The translations under genes were made by a program, and so were the position numbers. A stretch of 64,000 nt of DNA from Octopus vulgaris (Eukaryota), in NCBI GenBank assembly GCA_951406725.2, contig OX597819.1:40734001-40798000 (forward strand), given 5' to 3'. This document shows positions 27,936-40,579 of the stretch, piece by piece. Position 1 is the first letter of the stretch; each line of letters starts with the position of its first letter. The notes under the pieces were generated by a model, which ran no database searches, had not been told where the DNA came from, and worked only from the letters and a program-made list of their open reading frames with translations.

Positions 27936-28323
27936 AACTATCTCTAACCATCTTCTAGTAATTTTAAACTGTAAATATTCAGCTCCATGTTACCTGCGAG
28001 TTTGTGTGTTGTTGGATTTTAATTAATTTGGTGCCTTTTTGTGTGTACTCTGCCAGTACACGCCCTCCATGCACTTTAGTACTAGCACCGATGGTACTGA
28101 GTAATCAATCACCTTCACTCAAAATTGCTGGCCTTGTGCTTAAATCAAAACCATTATTATAAGGAGGTAAATATCGTGAACTGTCCAGATGATTTGTTTA
28201 TACTGATCAAATGTGGTTTAGTCCCTCATCAAATCGACATTGCCCGTACACGTTCACGGTGTACCACAAGCAGATTAACGTGAGATGAGATCTTTTGCTC
28301 AAGAAAACGACGCAAATCCAAAT

Positions 28324-28604
28324 CACGCGTCCTCATAAAGAGGCCACGTCCCCATAAAGAGGCCACGGTCCTCATAAAGAGGCCACGGTCCCCATAAAGA
28401 GGCCACAGTCCTCATAAAGAGGCCACGCGTCCTCATAAAGAGGCCACGGTCCTCATAAAGAGGCCACGGTCCCCATAAAGAGGTCACGGTCCTCATAAAG
28501 AGGCCACGGTCCCCATAAAGAGGCCACGGTCCTCATAAAGAGGCCACGCGTCCTCATAAAGAGGCCACGGTCCTCATAAAGAGGCCACGGTCCTCATAAA
28601 GAGG
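28324..28604. repeat. Minisatellite, about 20-bp unit x14
   Basis: Unit gtcc(t/c)cataaagaggccacg, with occasional 1-bp length variants. Confidence 0.95.
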
Positions 28605-28919
28605 TAAATAACTCCATTATAAAGAGGTAGACAAGTTTAATATAAAAGGCAAAAACAGTAAAATCTAGCTGTAGAGAGGAATGTCACTTGTTTCTACTAT
28701 ACGAGTGTTCTAGGTTGTCTACCAGGAGTCGAAAATAATGATATTATAAAAACCTTTATGCGATGTTTCACTCAGTATTAAACCCTGGACACAAATTCCA
28801 CACTTAGCCATCCATTCACCCATCCATCCATCCATCCATCCATCCATCCATCCATTCATCCATCCATCCGTCCGTCCGTCCGTCTGTCCGTTCGTCCGTC
28901 CGTCCTTCATCTCTGTCCA

Positions 28920-29440
28920 TTGTTTCTTGGAGGGCAGTTGGGGGTAGAGCCCTCAGGAATCTCTTTCATAGGGTCCTATCAGAAGCAACTATCATTAAAC
29001 TTTTCAGTTGGATTCTCAAGCATGCTTAGCTGAGACTATGGATGTTAACCAACCATCTCATTCTTAGTTTACCTCTAGGTCTCTTGCCGGTTGGCTCGGC
29101 TTGAAGATTCTTTCTGTGACATTCTAATCATATGACCGTAGTACCGGAGGTGTGACTCGCTAATACCGAGAAATAGCGGCTCAACATGGAGAGAACTCTC
29201 TGATTTCTCTATCAAGTATCGTTACTCCAGGGACCATTTCGGTCATTTGTATTTACTCATTGTACTCTTTCAGTCATCACCCAATACCCATGATCATGAG
29301 AATAGGCACGAAAACCGATTTGATGAAAACAAGTTTGACTTTTTCGCCAACCTCTCCTCTTCTGGGGATCGAATGTATTACAGTGCCAGAACCTGCAATT
29401 TTAGTATCCAATTCAGCTTTTCGTTTCCCATCACTCGTGA
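28920..29440 (-). mobile_element. RTE-like LINE 3' fragment
   Basis: FTSDGKRKAELDTKIAGSGTVI...KVKLVFIKSVFVPIL, then YGHMIRM and GKRPRGK; (GGAT)n tract at its 3' end (28808-28910). Confidence 0.65.
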
Positions 29441-30686
29441 ATAGACACATATAACCGGTTATCAAAAACGGCACTATGATACCATTTCTGAGCTAGGTGA
29501 ACCGAATTCTTTTCTAAAAAATTAGCGAAAGAAAAAAATTTGGATCTTTTGAAACCTTGACAGATTCATAAAGTAATTGTGTTTCCAGAAACGGAGAATG
29601 AAAACAAATTTTGAGTGAAATGGTGTAAAGCAAAGGTTCTCAACCCATTTTGGCCAAAGTCTCCTTTTTGGCCCTTGGAGTCACAAATGTACCCCCCGGC
29701 CCCTAGAAAATACTACTTATACTACTTATTTTGATGTCAGAAGATAATGATTAAAAAATAAAGAACGTCGTTTTACACATGCACTTGTACGCAATCGGGA
29801 GTACAAATGTACAAATTGAAATGCAATAAAAAAAAAACAAAAAACCGAAATAATGACTTGAAAGTTTGGTAATTGCGTTTATTTCCACCACGTGACACTT
29901 ATGTGATCAACGTGTTGTCTATCAAAAGAGTGCTCTTTGGTACAAGTAAATGCCGATGAAATCATTTCAAACCCTTTTGATTTCCCTTATCAAAACAGCT
30001 AGAACTTGTGTAACAATCTGACATATAAGCTATTTTCACCCAGGAAGAGGATTTTTTTATGCTCAAGAAAGCGAGCGTATTTGACAGAAATTGTTGAAAT
30101 ACATATGTACTTCATATGAATAACAAATTGTGGAGGATGGTATTCATTGTACTTGGATCTAGTTAGTTTAAGTCACAAAATCAGCCATTTTTTAAAATGA
30201 TGTAAAAAAATCTGAAAATTTCTCATATCAAACATTCATTTCTTATTCGGGATTTTGTTTGTTTCATTCATAAAATCTGAATTTTTTAAAAGGAAGTAAA
30301 GAAATCTGAAAATTGGTTATCTTGACGCTGTTTTCCTCGCTTATTCCTGTGAAGCCATGAACTTCTGGAGAAAAAATTTGACACACACAAAATTATTTTT
30401 TTAATTTGTGGTTTTAAAATACGGACAGTCCGAATCTACCATTTGTTTCTCTTTATAATTTCCAAATAATTTGTTAAATACTTCAAAATCAGATGACGTA
30501 AATATGTGTGCCAGAAGCAGTAGATAAAAATTAAAGCAAAAGATTTTTGGGAGATCTCTTATTGCGACCGACTTTTATTCCATTATTCTGTCAACTGAAA
30601 CTTATACATGTATAAATGCATACAGAAACATACAAATATATATACACATACATACATTTTTACAGAGTTAGTTTTATATACATCCT

Positions 30687-30746
<60 letters not shown>

Positions 30747-30832
30747 TAAATGGATGAATGAATTATCCTTTATTTACCGTTAGCAGTCATCGTTATTGTT
30801 ATAATGTCTTGTTGTTGAGATAGGCTCTCTTT

Positions 30833-30914
30833 CTTTCCTGATGAGAAGATTGCATTTTACACCGTTTATTCCTTTGGAATAAAACCATGTTGTCTTCGAA
30901 ACATATGTCGAAAG
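30833..30914 (+). ncRNA. Type I hammerhead ribozyme, canonical core
   Basis: ctttc-CTGATGA-gaaga...tcttc-GAAA-C-ATAT-GTC-gaaag: perfect stems I and II, palindromic stem III ACATATGT, GUC site at 30907-30909. Confidence 0.85.
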
Positions 30915-30952
30915 TAAAAGAATTTTAATAACATCTTCGTTCCATTTATTTA

Positions 30953-31019
<67 letters not shown>

Positions 31020-31579
31020 TATACAAATATTTCGGCATATCTATACAATTGTGCCCCAAAGATTTGCTTCTTCATAACCTTGAGAAAATTAAATATTTCT
31101 TTTCTACAAATATACTTCAGATCAAGTAGATTCCGATTAAGTTGGAATTCATTGTGAAAACCGTTTGTTCTTAAAGGAGTTTTAGAAAATTCGCACCATT
31201 AGGCTTTGTTGTAAATATATATATGTATATATACGTGGGTGTATACTTATTGTTTTAATTATATCTTTATACACGCACATACACACATAAAAAACAGGCA
31301 CACCGTCGGTTACGACAATTACAAGTATCCAAAACTTCTTCACCAGTCTTCCAACTTCATTTTTCCTCTTAAAAAGAAGGCTTTTGTCTACCTTGGACTA
31401 TATGTCTGCTAATATTGCTGATGGACATGCAGCATGTCACTGGCATTTCACATATGTGAAGTCCAGGATTACGTGAAAAATCGTTGAGATTTTTTTTTTG
31501 CATATCAATTCCATTATGCAGAAGACACAATCGAAAAACTTTTGTGAAAATTCATAAAAATACATAATTCCACCCAGTC

Positions 31580-31619
<40 letters not shown>

Positions 31620-31647
31620 GAGAAAGAAGCAACAAGAATGGATTAGT

Positions 31648-31738
31648 TTTTAGTACAATTGTTTCATACAAAGACAGGCTTTATTAAAAGTTGCAAATAT
31701 TGCAGCAGATAAAAGTGTCCCGTACTCATCAGCTAAAA
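31648..31738 (-). ncRNA. Type I hammerhead ribozyme in the left arm of the inverted repeat
   Basis: Reverse-complement copy of 32327-32426 with a shorter loop II. Confidence 0.7.
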
Positions 31739-32326
31739 CACATATGAGTTCTCCAAACATCTTAGTGGGTGAGGCTATACTCATGAAGTAAATTTCATTA
31801 AAAGCAGATTTAGGTTGTAAACCGACTTCCGAAGTTCTTTAATGATGATGCACAGTCTTATCACATTTTTTAAAAAAAGCTTATTAGCTTCACAGAGAAG
31901 GTGAATTAATCCGTAGTGTAGATGTAAATTTCCAGAGATATGAGGAGGAATTTTTGTGGAGCAAAAAAAATTCCTTCAGCCTTTAGAAGTCATAACATAG
32001 CAGTCTTGTGAAGAGAACAGTAATGTGACAAATACCTTATCATATAGCATGAAATTATACCCACCTCATTGTGGATTAACCATGGATAAATTCATCGTCT
32101 GTGAGTATGAAATTCCTCCTCATATCTCTGGAAATTTACATCTACACTACGGATTAATTCACCTTCTCTGTGAAGCTAATAAGCTTTTTTTTAAAAACCT
32201 GTGATAAGACTGTGCATCATCATTAAAGAACTTCGGAAGTCGGTTTACAACCTAAATCTGCTTTTAATGAAATTTACTTCATGAGTATAGCCTCACCCAC
32301 TAAGATGTTTGGAGAACTCATATGTG

Positions 32327-32426
32327 TTTAGCTGATGAGTACGGGACACTTTATCTGACACAATATCTGCTGCAATATTTGCAACTTTTAATAAAGCCTG
32401 TCTTTGTATGAAACAATTGTACTAAA
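32327..32426 (+). ncRNA. Type I hammerhead ribozyme in the right arm of an inverted repeat
   Basis: tttag-CTGATGA-gtacgggaca...tgtctttgtat-GAAA-C-AATT-GTA-ctaaa; GUA triplet; extended stem II with G-U pairs. Confidence 0.7.
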
Positions 32427-32567
32427 AACTAATCCATTCTTGTTGCTTCTTTCTCGTTTATAATCACCCCACATTACTGTATGGTTAACACCATATAGTT
32501 TTCTGGTGCATCTAAGTTAAGTACCGCATTCAAGTAAATTCATTAGAATTGACTTGAATCTTAATTG

Positions 32568-32614
<47 letters not shown>

Positions 32615-32675
32615 ATATATATGTATATATATATATATGTGCATGTGCATATGTATGTATACACCCCCCCCCCAC

Positions 32676-32717
<42 letters not shown>

Positions 32718-33620
32718 GTGTGTGTGTCTGTGTGTTTGCTAGTGTCTGTTTTTCTGTTAGTTTTTGTTTACTTATACACATCAGGAGTGGCTGTGTGGTA
32801 AGAAACTTGCTTACCAACCACATGGTTCCTGGTTCAGTCCCATTGCGTGGCACCTTGGGCAAGTGTCTTCTACTATAGCCTCGGGCCGACCAAAGCCTTG
32901 TGTGTGGATTTGATAGACGGAAACTGAAAGAAGCCCGTCGTATATATATATGTGTGTATGTGTTTGTGTGTCTGTGTTTGTCCCCCAACATCGCTTGACA
33001 ACCGGTGTTGGTGTGTTTACGTCCCCGTAACTTAGCAGTTCGGCAAAAGAGACCGATAGAATAAGTACTGGGCTTATAAAGAATAAGTTCCGGGGTCGAG
33101 TTGCTCGATTAAAAGGCGGTGCTCCAGCATGGCCGCAGTCAAATGACTGAAACAAGTAAAAGAGTATCAACAAATGATCCAATGAGGTACTCTCTGCGTG
33201 GTTGTTCAATTTGCTTGAAATAACACCCAAATCTCCATCATACTATGCTCTTGTTAGTATTTAGGAAAGCGAAAATGTTTACTCCTCTCCACCATTACGA
33301 TTAAAATTAGTGTTTTTGATTTTGTTCGGCCCTATGAATTAAATGTTTTTAAAATTCTTCTGTCCATTGCTTGATACAGGAAATTAGAAGATTCTGAGCA
33401 AATCAGAGAAATTTTAGCTTAACAAAAAATATAGAAAGAAAAGTTCTCTTTTCCAAATCCCCCCCCCAAAAAAAAAAAACAAAGGGTTTTTAGCTGGGGT
33501 GTAATTTTATAATTAAAAAAAATTCAAAATTTAAATTTCAGAACATAAGACTTACCACGTTATTTGGTGTATAGCCGCAGTTCAAATGAGTACAAAACCT
33601 AAAACAAATGTGTATGTGTA

Positions 33621-33656
<36 letters not shown>

Positions 33657-34650
33657 TGTGTGTGTGTGTGGTTGGGTCTTTAATAGTCAGGGGTCAATTT
33701 AAGTTCAAACGCAGAAAGGAATTCAAAACAGCAACACACGCTATCATATACATACACAGATACCCATACATACACACATACACAAATACATATCTATCAG
33801 CCACTTCCCAAAGCCAGATTGATCCAAAATTTTGGCTGCCATTCTTTATATATTTGCACACAAACACACACTTGCACATACACATTTAGCTTTTCGCTTT
33901 TATTCATTACTTTTTCTTTTAATCGCCTGTCACTATTCATCTGTTTTCAGTTTTTGTTTTTGAAGTTTCATTTTAGCGACACCAGTTACACATGGTACCA
34001 GGAATTTGCTTTGGTATCATCAAAGTGGAAAAAGTGTTTTTAAGTTTTCGAAAATTTGAAACAAAAAGGCAGAGATATTTTCACTGAGATGTGAAAATAT
34101 GGCTACTACTTGTTAATTTCAAATTGAACTTACCAAAGACGTGGGTCTTCCAGCGACCCCCTAGTGCCCCCAAGTCTCTTAACGCCCCTCTAGTGCCCCT
34201 TTGCTCCAAATCCCCTCAAGCTCCAAATAGCCCCCGTTGAGAACTTTTGGTGTAAAATATAGCCATCACTGTGAAGGCGCATGGCTTAGTGGTTAGAGTG
34301 TTGGACACTGGGTCGTAAGATGGTAGTTTCGATTCCTGGGCGATGCGTTCTGTTCTTAAGCAAAATGCTTCATTTCACTTTGCTCCTGTCCACTCAGCTG
34401 GTAATAATGAGTAATCCTGTAACGGACTAGCGTCACATCCAGGGAGTAATATTATACACCAGAGAAACTGAGAAACGAGAAACCGGCCCTATGCTGTTTA
34501 CGGAGTAATGTAGACTAACTCCCATAGTCATTCACTCGCCGGGGAATCTGATTTGCTCTCATGTACCATGTCTTTGCTAGTTGTTTTTAGTACTCTCATA
34601 GCTCTTTCCATTCTTTACCTGGCCGAATATCGAGGATGTGACGGCTGGAT

Positions 34651-34692
<42 letters not shown>

Positions 34693-34952
34693 AAGAGAGG
34701 GAAGAGAGAGAGAGAGGGGGAGAGAGAAGGAGAGAGGGGGAGAGAGAGATATGCATTAACACATGGCTGCTATATATTTTCAGCTGACTAGACTGGTGTA
34801 ACGTGAAATGAAGTGCCAAGGTACGGGACTAAATGCACCATCCGGTTCAGGAGTCAAAGTTATAACCTTGAGGCCAACATTCCTAATAACTAGGCTTCAT
34901 GCCTTCATGATATTCGTGAAGAACTTATTTGAAATGAATAATTAAAAGCAAA

Positions 34953-35350
34953 AGGCGGCGAGCTGACAGAAACGTTAGCACGCCGGACGAAATGCTTAGC
35001 GCAATTTCGTCTGCCGTTACGTTCTGAGTTCAAATTCCGCCGAGGTCGACTTCGCCTTTCATCCTTTCGATGTCGATTAAATAAGTACCAGTTACGCACT
35101 GGGGTCGATATAATCGACTTAATCCGTTTGTCTGTCCTTATTTGTCCTCTCTGTGTTTAGCCCCTTGTGGGCAATAAAGAAATAGGTATTTCGTCTATCT
35201 TTATGTTCTGAGTTCAAATCTCGCCGAGATTGACTTTGTCTTTCATCCTTTCGGGGTCGATAAATTAAGTACCAGTTGCGTTCTGGGGCCGATCTAATCG
35301 ACTGGCTCCCTCCCCCCAAATGTCGGGCCTTGTCTCCAGAGTAGAAAAGA
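34953..35350 (+). mobile_element. tRNA-derived SINE family B (internally duplicated copy)
   Basis: ggcggcgagctg..cagaaacgttagcacgccgg...gagttcaaattccgccgaggtcgac. Other copies at about 11600-11822(-), 25775-26005(+), 36836-37067(-), 38057-38286(-), 40008-40520(+), 47160-47325(-), 53660-53845(-), 61281-61510(-). Confidence 0.9.
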
Positions 35351-35397
35351 ATACTTAAAAGAAAATAACAATTTAATAATGGTTTTTAAAAATCCGT

Positions 35398-35403
35398 TTT
35401 ATT
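35398..35403 (-). terminator. Candidate polyadenylation signal of the secreted-protein gene
   Basis: AATAAA on the minus strand shortly after the TAG at 35449. Confidence 0.5.
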
Positions 35404-35448
35404 TAAGCTATTAAATAAACATAAGATTCATCTCCTAAAAACACTGCT

Positions 35449-35643
35449 CTAAGACTCATTGAACATACTTTGGGCTGTGTGTAATGCTTTCGCTTTTACA
35501 TTTTTATTTAAACCGTCTATTACGAGATTCTGTGGTCTGAAAACTATTGATTCGAACGAACCTCTAATTCCACTTGTCGCTTGATCATCTCTTAATGGAT
35601 CTGACGAACTTGTTTTTGTAGCTAAGATCTGGATACGGAAAAG
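35449..35643 (-). CDS. Exon 5 (terminal) of the uncharacterised secreted protein
   Basis: tttttctag acceptor; LFRIQILATKTSSSDPLRDDQATSGIRGSFESIVFRPQNLVIDGLIKNVKAKALHTAQSMFNES-TAG; AATAAA about 45 nt downstream. Confidence 0.85.
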   Translation of the reverse strand, partial: LFRIQILATKTSSSDPLRDDQATSGIRGSFESIVFRPQNLVIDGLNKNVKAKALHTAQSMFNES

Positions 35644-36275
35644 CTAGAAAAATAATAAATTATGTAAGAAAATTTAATATCAATATATAGTCAAAGCAAA
35701 TTGTAGTAGCACCGAAAAATTACCTTAAAACGAAACACGCTGCCACCACCACCCTCACCATCCCCACCCTCATCATCACCACCACCACCATCCTCGTCGT
35801 CGTCGTCGCCATCACCGTCGTCCTCCTCTTGCCCCTGTTCCACTTCCTGCTGCTGCCGCGTCTCCTCTTCATCGTGATCTTCGTCGTCGTAATCGTCACC
35901 ACCATTATCATCATTATCCCCAACAACAACGTTATTAACACAAAAATTTCAACCATTAAATATCACGTTACATTCATAGAATAAATTGCCGAATAAAGTT
36001 ATTCTATCTCTCGCAATATCCACGTGGATATAATTCAGGAAATATTTTTACACAGTATAGAAAATCTAATATCCTTAATTAATCTCATATGAGGTTTAAC
36101 AGACCCTGTCGCTATAAATGAAGCCTCATAACACTAAAAAAAATCATGTGATCGTTATTTGATAAGTTAATAACTGATGATACCACTCCAAGAAAGCAAA
36201 CATTCAAAATAAAACCAGCAATACAAGATATTATATAATAAACACGCACACATAGGCACTCAACTACACACAAGA

Positions 36276-36329
<54 letters not shown>

Positions 36330-37489
36330 GCATAAATACATACATACACACACATATTTAGGATTTATTCCATCTCAAATCACAGAGTTTTTAATATTTT
36401 TTTTTTTTAACTAAACAGTTTGAAACTTGGAATACTGGTAGAATTTCTCACGTAGAACACGGTTTACTCTGAACGTTTTTAACCAAATTTCGTATTTTAG
36501 AAGTTATTTCGTGTTAAAGTTGTCGTATTTGGGTAATTTCAACCAATCAACAACGTGTATTCGTTGAAGAAAGTGACTACTGTTTGAGGTAGAAACAACT
36601 TCTGGGTCATCTCTACTAAATGTCACCACTCTGTTGTATTCGTATGTTGTGCGAAGACGATGTCACCTTTGTCCTTTCTTCCTCTCTAGTCATCATTGTG
36701 CATTCCTTACTCTTTCTACACTATCAGCTAGCAACCAGCGAACGAACTTGTAATTGGAGATGGAATAGATCCCATATTTATATACATATTTGTGTGTGAG
36801 TGTGTGTATAGACACATACATGCACACATGCATATATTTCTTTACTGCCCACAAGGGGCTAAACATAGAGGGGATAAACAAGGACAGACAAACGGATTAA
36901 GTCGATTACATCGACCCCAGTGCGTAACTTGGTACTTAATTTATCGACCCCGAAAGGATGAAAGGCAAAGTCGACCTCGGCGGAATTTGAACTCAGAACG
37001 TAACGGCAGACGAAATACTGCTAAGCATTTCGCCCGGCGTGCTAACGTTTCTGCCAGCTTGCCACCTTCACACATGCATATACCACACACATACATATAA
37101 TCATACGTGTATGGACACGTTTTGGTCACTCTGAGCTATTTGTCTTTGTTTTCGTTTAATTTATGCAAATTACCTATACCATAAATATTTTCTACACTTT
37201 ACCCCTTTTAGCACACAAGCCTCCACACCGACAACTAAATTATTTTTCAAAATACTACAAAAATACTCTCACCCAACCACTTTCACATAGACCTAAAATA
37301 AAACATTATGAAATACCCACGTTTGAAACAGAATTGAGGAAATAATTATAAATACACAGCCTACAAACTCAGCCTCCATAAAACATAAGGATTAAAATCT
37401 CTATATACCAAACAAATTGCTTATGGAATAATGAACATCTTGAGTGAAACATTCAAATCAACAACCTCTTCATCTAACCAAATCCTTTT

Positions 37490-37830
37490 GTTAGTTAGTT
37501 AGTTAATTTTTTGGCTCAAAAAGCAAAAAGCAAGGCCATGTAGGGGGACATGGAGTTATGTACAGGGTGGTGTTCATGTAAAGAGTTCAGCCCACTTGTG
37601 GTCAAGGGAGACTTTGAACCGAGCGGTCGCCGGCATCTTCACTATCTCGTCCGGCAGCTTATTCCACGGATCCGCAAGCCGGCCGGAGAAAGCCCCTCTC
37701 CTTCGATTGAGATGAAATCGTCGCAGATAGAGCTTTTCGGAGTGACCCCGCAGCCGACGCTCTGGAGCAGGAGTGAAGAACAGCTCTTTCGAGAGGTTAC
37801 ACTTTCCGCTTATGATGTTGTGAGCAAGAA
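37490..37830 (-). mobile_element. CR1/L2-like LINE 3' end
   Basis: RRLRGHSEKLYLRRFHLNRRRGAFSGRLADPWNKLPDEIV...FKVSLD; (CTAA)n tail. Confidence 0.75.
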
Positions 37831-38525
37831 TGAGAATATTAAAGCACAAGAGAAACACTTTTCTATATTAACATGACATGCCTGCCTAATAACTATCACC
37901 TTCCAAATGAAATAGGAAATGCCCTAAATAGCAACAACAATAAGTAATGGTATTTCCCACCCACTCGTCATTCATATTACGTTTACCCTCTCTATTGCTC
38001 AGCCCCTCCCTCACAAACCACTTCACCTAGCCTTTCCAACTCACGACTTAAACCAATTTCTTTACTACCCACAAGGGGCTAAACACAGAGGGACAAACAA
38101 GGACAGACAAACGGATTAAGTCGATTACATCGACCCCAGTGCGTAACTGGTACTTAATTTATCGACCCCGAAAGGATGAAAAGCAAAGTCAACCTCGGTG
38201 GAATTTGAACTCAGAACGTAACGACAGACGAAATACCGCTAAGCATTTCGCCCGACGTGCTAACGTTTCTACCAGCTCGCCGCCTTAGCCAGCTCATCAA
38301 CCTTCTGGAATTCCTCCTCTGTCTATGTTTACCACTCATCCTCCATCAACTTGCAGCTGTTTAACATGACGATCTCACATCTTGGAGGTTTGGCAATGTT
38401 TAGGAACACAACCCTGTCCTCATCACCAAACCTTAAAAATTACCAACAAAAACGAAAACAGAACAGAACAGAAACAAGACAGAAACAATAGTACATTACA
38501 TTAATAAACTTTTAAAACCTTTTAC

Positions 38526-38756
38526 CTTAAAGTAAGCCTGTTTTGAATCTGGGTAACGGATGACACTTATATCAACGATTGAGCTTTGGACGTAAGGTTT
38601 ATTGACCAACACGCCTTCATATCGTTCAAAGTGGTCGAAAGCTGCATTGGTTGCCGTGACAATATTCCTGAAGTCAACTTGGTTAAAAGTTGTATCTTTT
38701 AAGGCTTCATCGTCTTTGATAAGTGTGTCCTTAATCCATTTTGTAATTAACTCATA
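38526..38756 (-). CDS. Exon 4 of the uncharacterised secreted protein
   Basis: Poly-T ccag acceptor, 231 nt open: YELITKWIKDTLIKDDEALKDTTFNQVDFRNIVTATNAAFDHFERYEGVLVNKPYVQSSIVDISVIRYPDSKQAYFK; donor AAG|gtaaa, phase 0. Not in the ORF track on this strand. Confidence 0.85.
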
Positions 38757-39099
38757 CTGGAAAAAAAAAAAAAAGAAAGGAAAAGATTTATAATCAGTAA
38801 CTTTATTTCAATTTACACTGGATGTTAATGTTACGATTAATGTAAGGAGCTGATATCATCACTATTGTGCCGTGTAAAATGCTTATAAGTACCAGTTGAA
38901 GGAGTGGAACTGACACGTTAGCACTTCGGGCAAAATGCTTTGTCGCATTTCGTCCATCTTTACGTTCAACTTCTGCTTACGTCGACTTTGGCTTTCATTC
39001 TTCTGGGGACGATAAAATTAGTGCCAGTGAAGCTCTGGGGTCGATGAAATCGACTATCCCCAATCCGAACTTGTTGGCCTTGAGCCAAAATTTGAAAGC

Positions 39100-39520
39100 G
39101 AAATTTTTTTTCCCACGTGAGTTCCGGACTCCAATAATGAACTCATTTCCATTCAGCCAATCAGAGCTCACCTTGAAAATCCACATACTGTGTACTACGA
39201 CAGTACGGCCAGTCAGGCATAGAATGGTGTATGCCATTCTGTGAATACAGCATAGCAGGTCTCACATAAGCACCACATTCCTCTATATTGGAAACACTTA
39301 TGACATCATCGGTGAGCAGCTCTCCATTCACTTTATACACTAAATATCACATTTGACACCCCTATTAACCCGTTTAGAATAGTTAGTTTTTGCTATAATG
39401 CACATTTTCCATTGAACTCAGCCAGAGTATTTTAGTGACTAGGTGGACACTAGTTTGATAGTTGAGCTCTGATTGACTGTAAGCAAATGAGATCCGGAAA
39501 CTCGTGGGAAAAAACAATTT
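39100..39520. mobile_element. MITE with about 70-bp TIRs
   Basis: ttttcccacg..ttccgga..ctcattt..ccaatcagagctca and its reverse complement at the other end. Confidence 0.7.
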
Positions 39521-40540
39521 CGCAGTCGGTTACCTGGTTTCCATGGCGTATATATAGCCAAGAAAAGAACATTCTCTTTGAACGGGGCGCCAGTCCGTCA
39601 CAAGAGTGAACTACAGCAACGTGAAATGAAGTATTTTGCTCAAGAACTCAAAACACTGTCTGGTCCGGTGTTCGCGAGAGCAAAATCATAGCCTCTAGGC
39701 CATGCACATTCACTAGAATGCAGGGACTATTGTCCGAAAATCGGAATGTTTGGGCTCTCTACTTCTGATCAAAGACATTTAATATGTGACTATCTTTGTT
39801 GAGATTCATTTTTGAATTTTACGTTTTACATATTCAGAGTTTTATCTTATGTCCAAGGTTTTGTTAGATCGTGTATGCATCGTTGTTTGTCAGGTTATTT
39901 AATATCACTTCAATATCATTTGCTTAGCTGCTTTGTGTGTATCACTTTAATATCGTCTGCTTAGTTGCTTTGTGCGAACGATAGTAGAATATTTGGTCTG
40001 TGTGTAAGGCGGCGAGCTGGCAAAAACATTAGCACGCTGAGCAAAATGCTTAGCGATATTTCGTCTGTCGCTACGTTCTGAGTTCAAATTCCGCCGAGGT
40101 CGACTTTGCCCTTTCATCCTTTCGGGGTCGATTAAATAAGTACCAGTTACGCACTGGGGTCAATGCAATCGACTATTTCCGTTTGTTTGTCCTTCTTTGT
40201 CCTCTCTGTGTTTAGCCCCTTGTAGGTAGTAAAGAAATAGGTATTTCGTCTGTCGTTACGTTCTGAGTTCAAATTCCGCTGAGGTTGACTTTGACTTTCA
40301 TCCTTTCGGGGTCGATAAGTACCAGTTACGTACTGGGGCCGATGTAATCGACTTAACCCGTTTGTCTGTCCTTGTTTGCCCTCTCTGTGTTTAGCCCATT
40401 GTGGGCAGTAAAGAAGTAAGAATCGTTAACACGTCGAGCAAAATACCTTTCGTCTGCCTTCATGCTCTGATTCAATTTGGTCTGAGTTTGACTTTGCCTT
40501 TTATCCTTTCAAGGTCGATGGAACACCCTTTCAGAATTCA

Positions 40541-40579
<39 letters not shown>

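Larger units (their letters stand above)
31619..32456. repeat. Long near-perfect inverted repeat (Penelope-like inverted pseudo-LTR/fold-back)
   Basis: Arms 31619-31953 and 32110-32456 are near-identical reverse complements with a 156-bp spacer; begins immediately after a (TA)n tract. Confidence 0.9.
29631..34249. mobile_element. Non-autonomous hAT element carrying nested insertions
   Basis: TIRs CAAAGGTTCTCAAC / GTTGAGAACTTTTG; 8-bp TSD gtgtaaag / gtgtaaaa (7 of 8 match). Confidence 0.65.

Noticed and set aside
28324-28604. CRISPR-like array of short palindromic repeats
   Set aside because: Units are contiguous with no unique spacers, there are no cas genes, and the context is eukaryotic.
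35720-35956. 78-aa ORF with a hydrophobic N-terminus in intron 4
   Set aside because: Built from mixed trinucleotide repeats (CAC/CAT/CGT) with no supporting splice or homology evidence.
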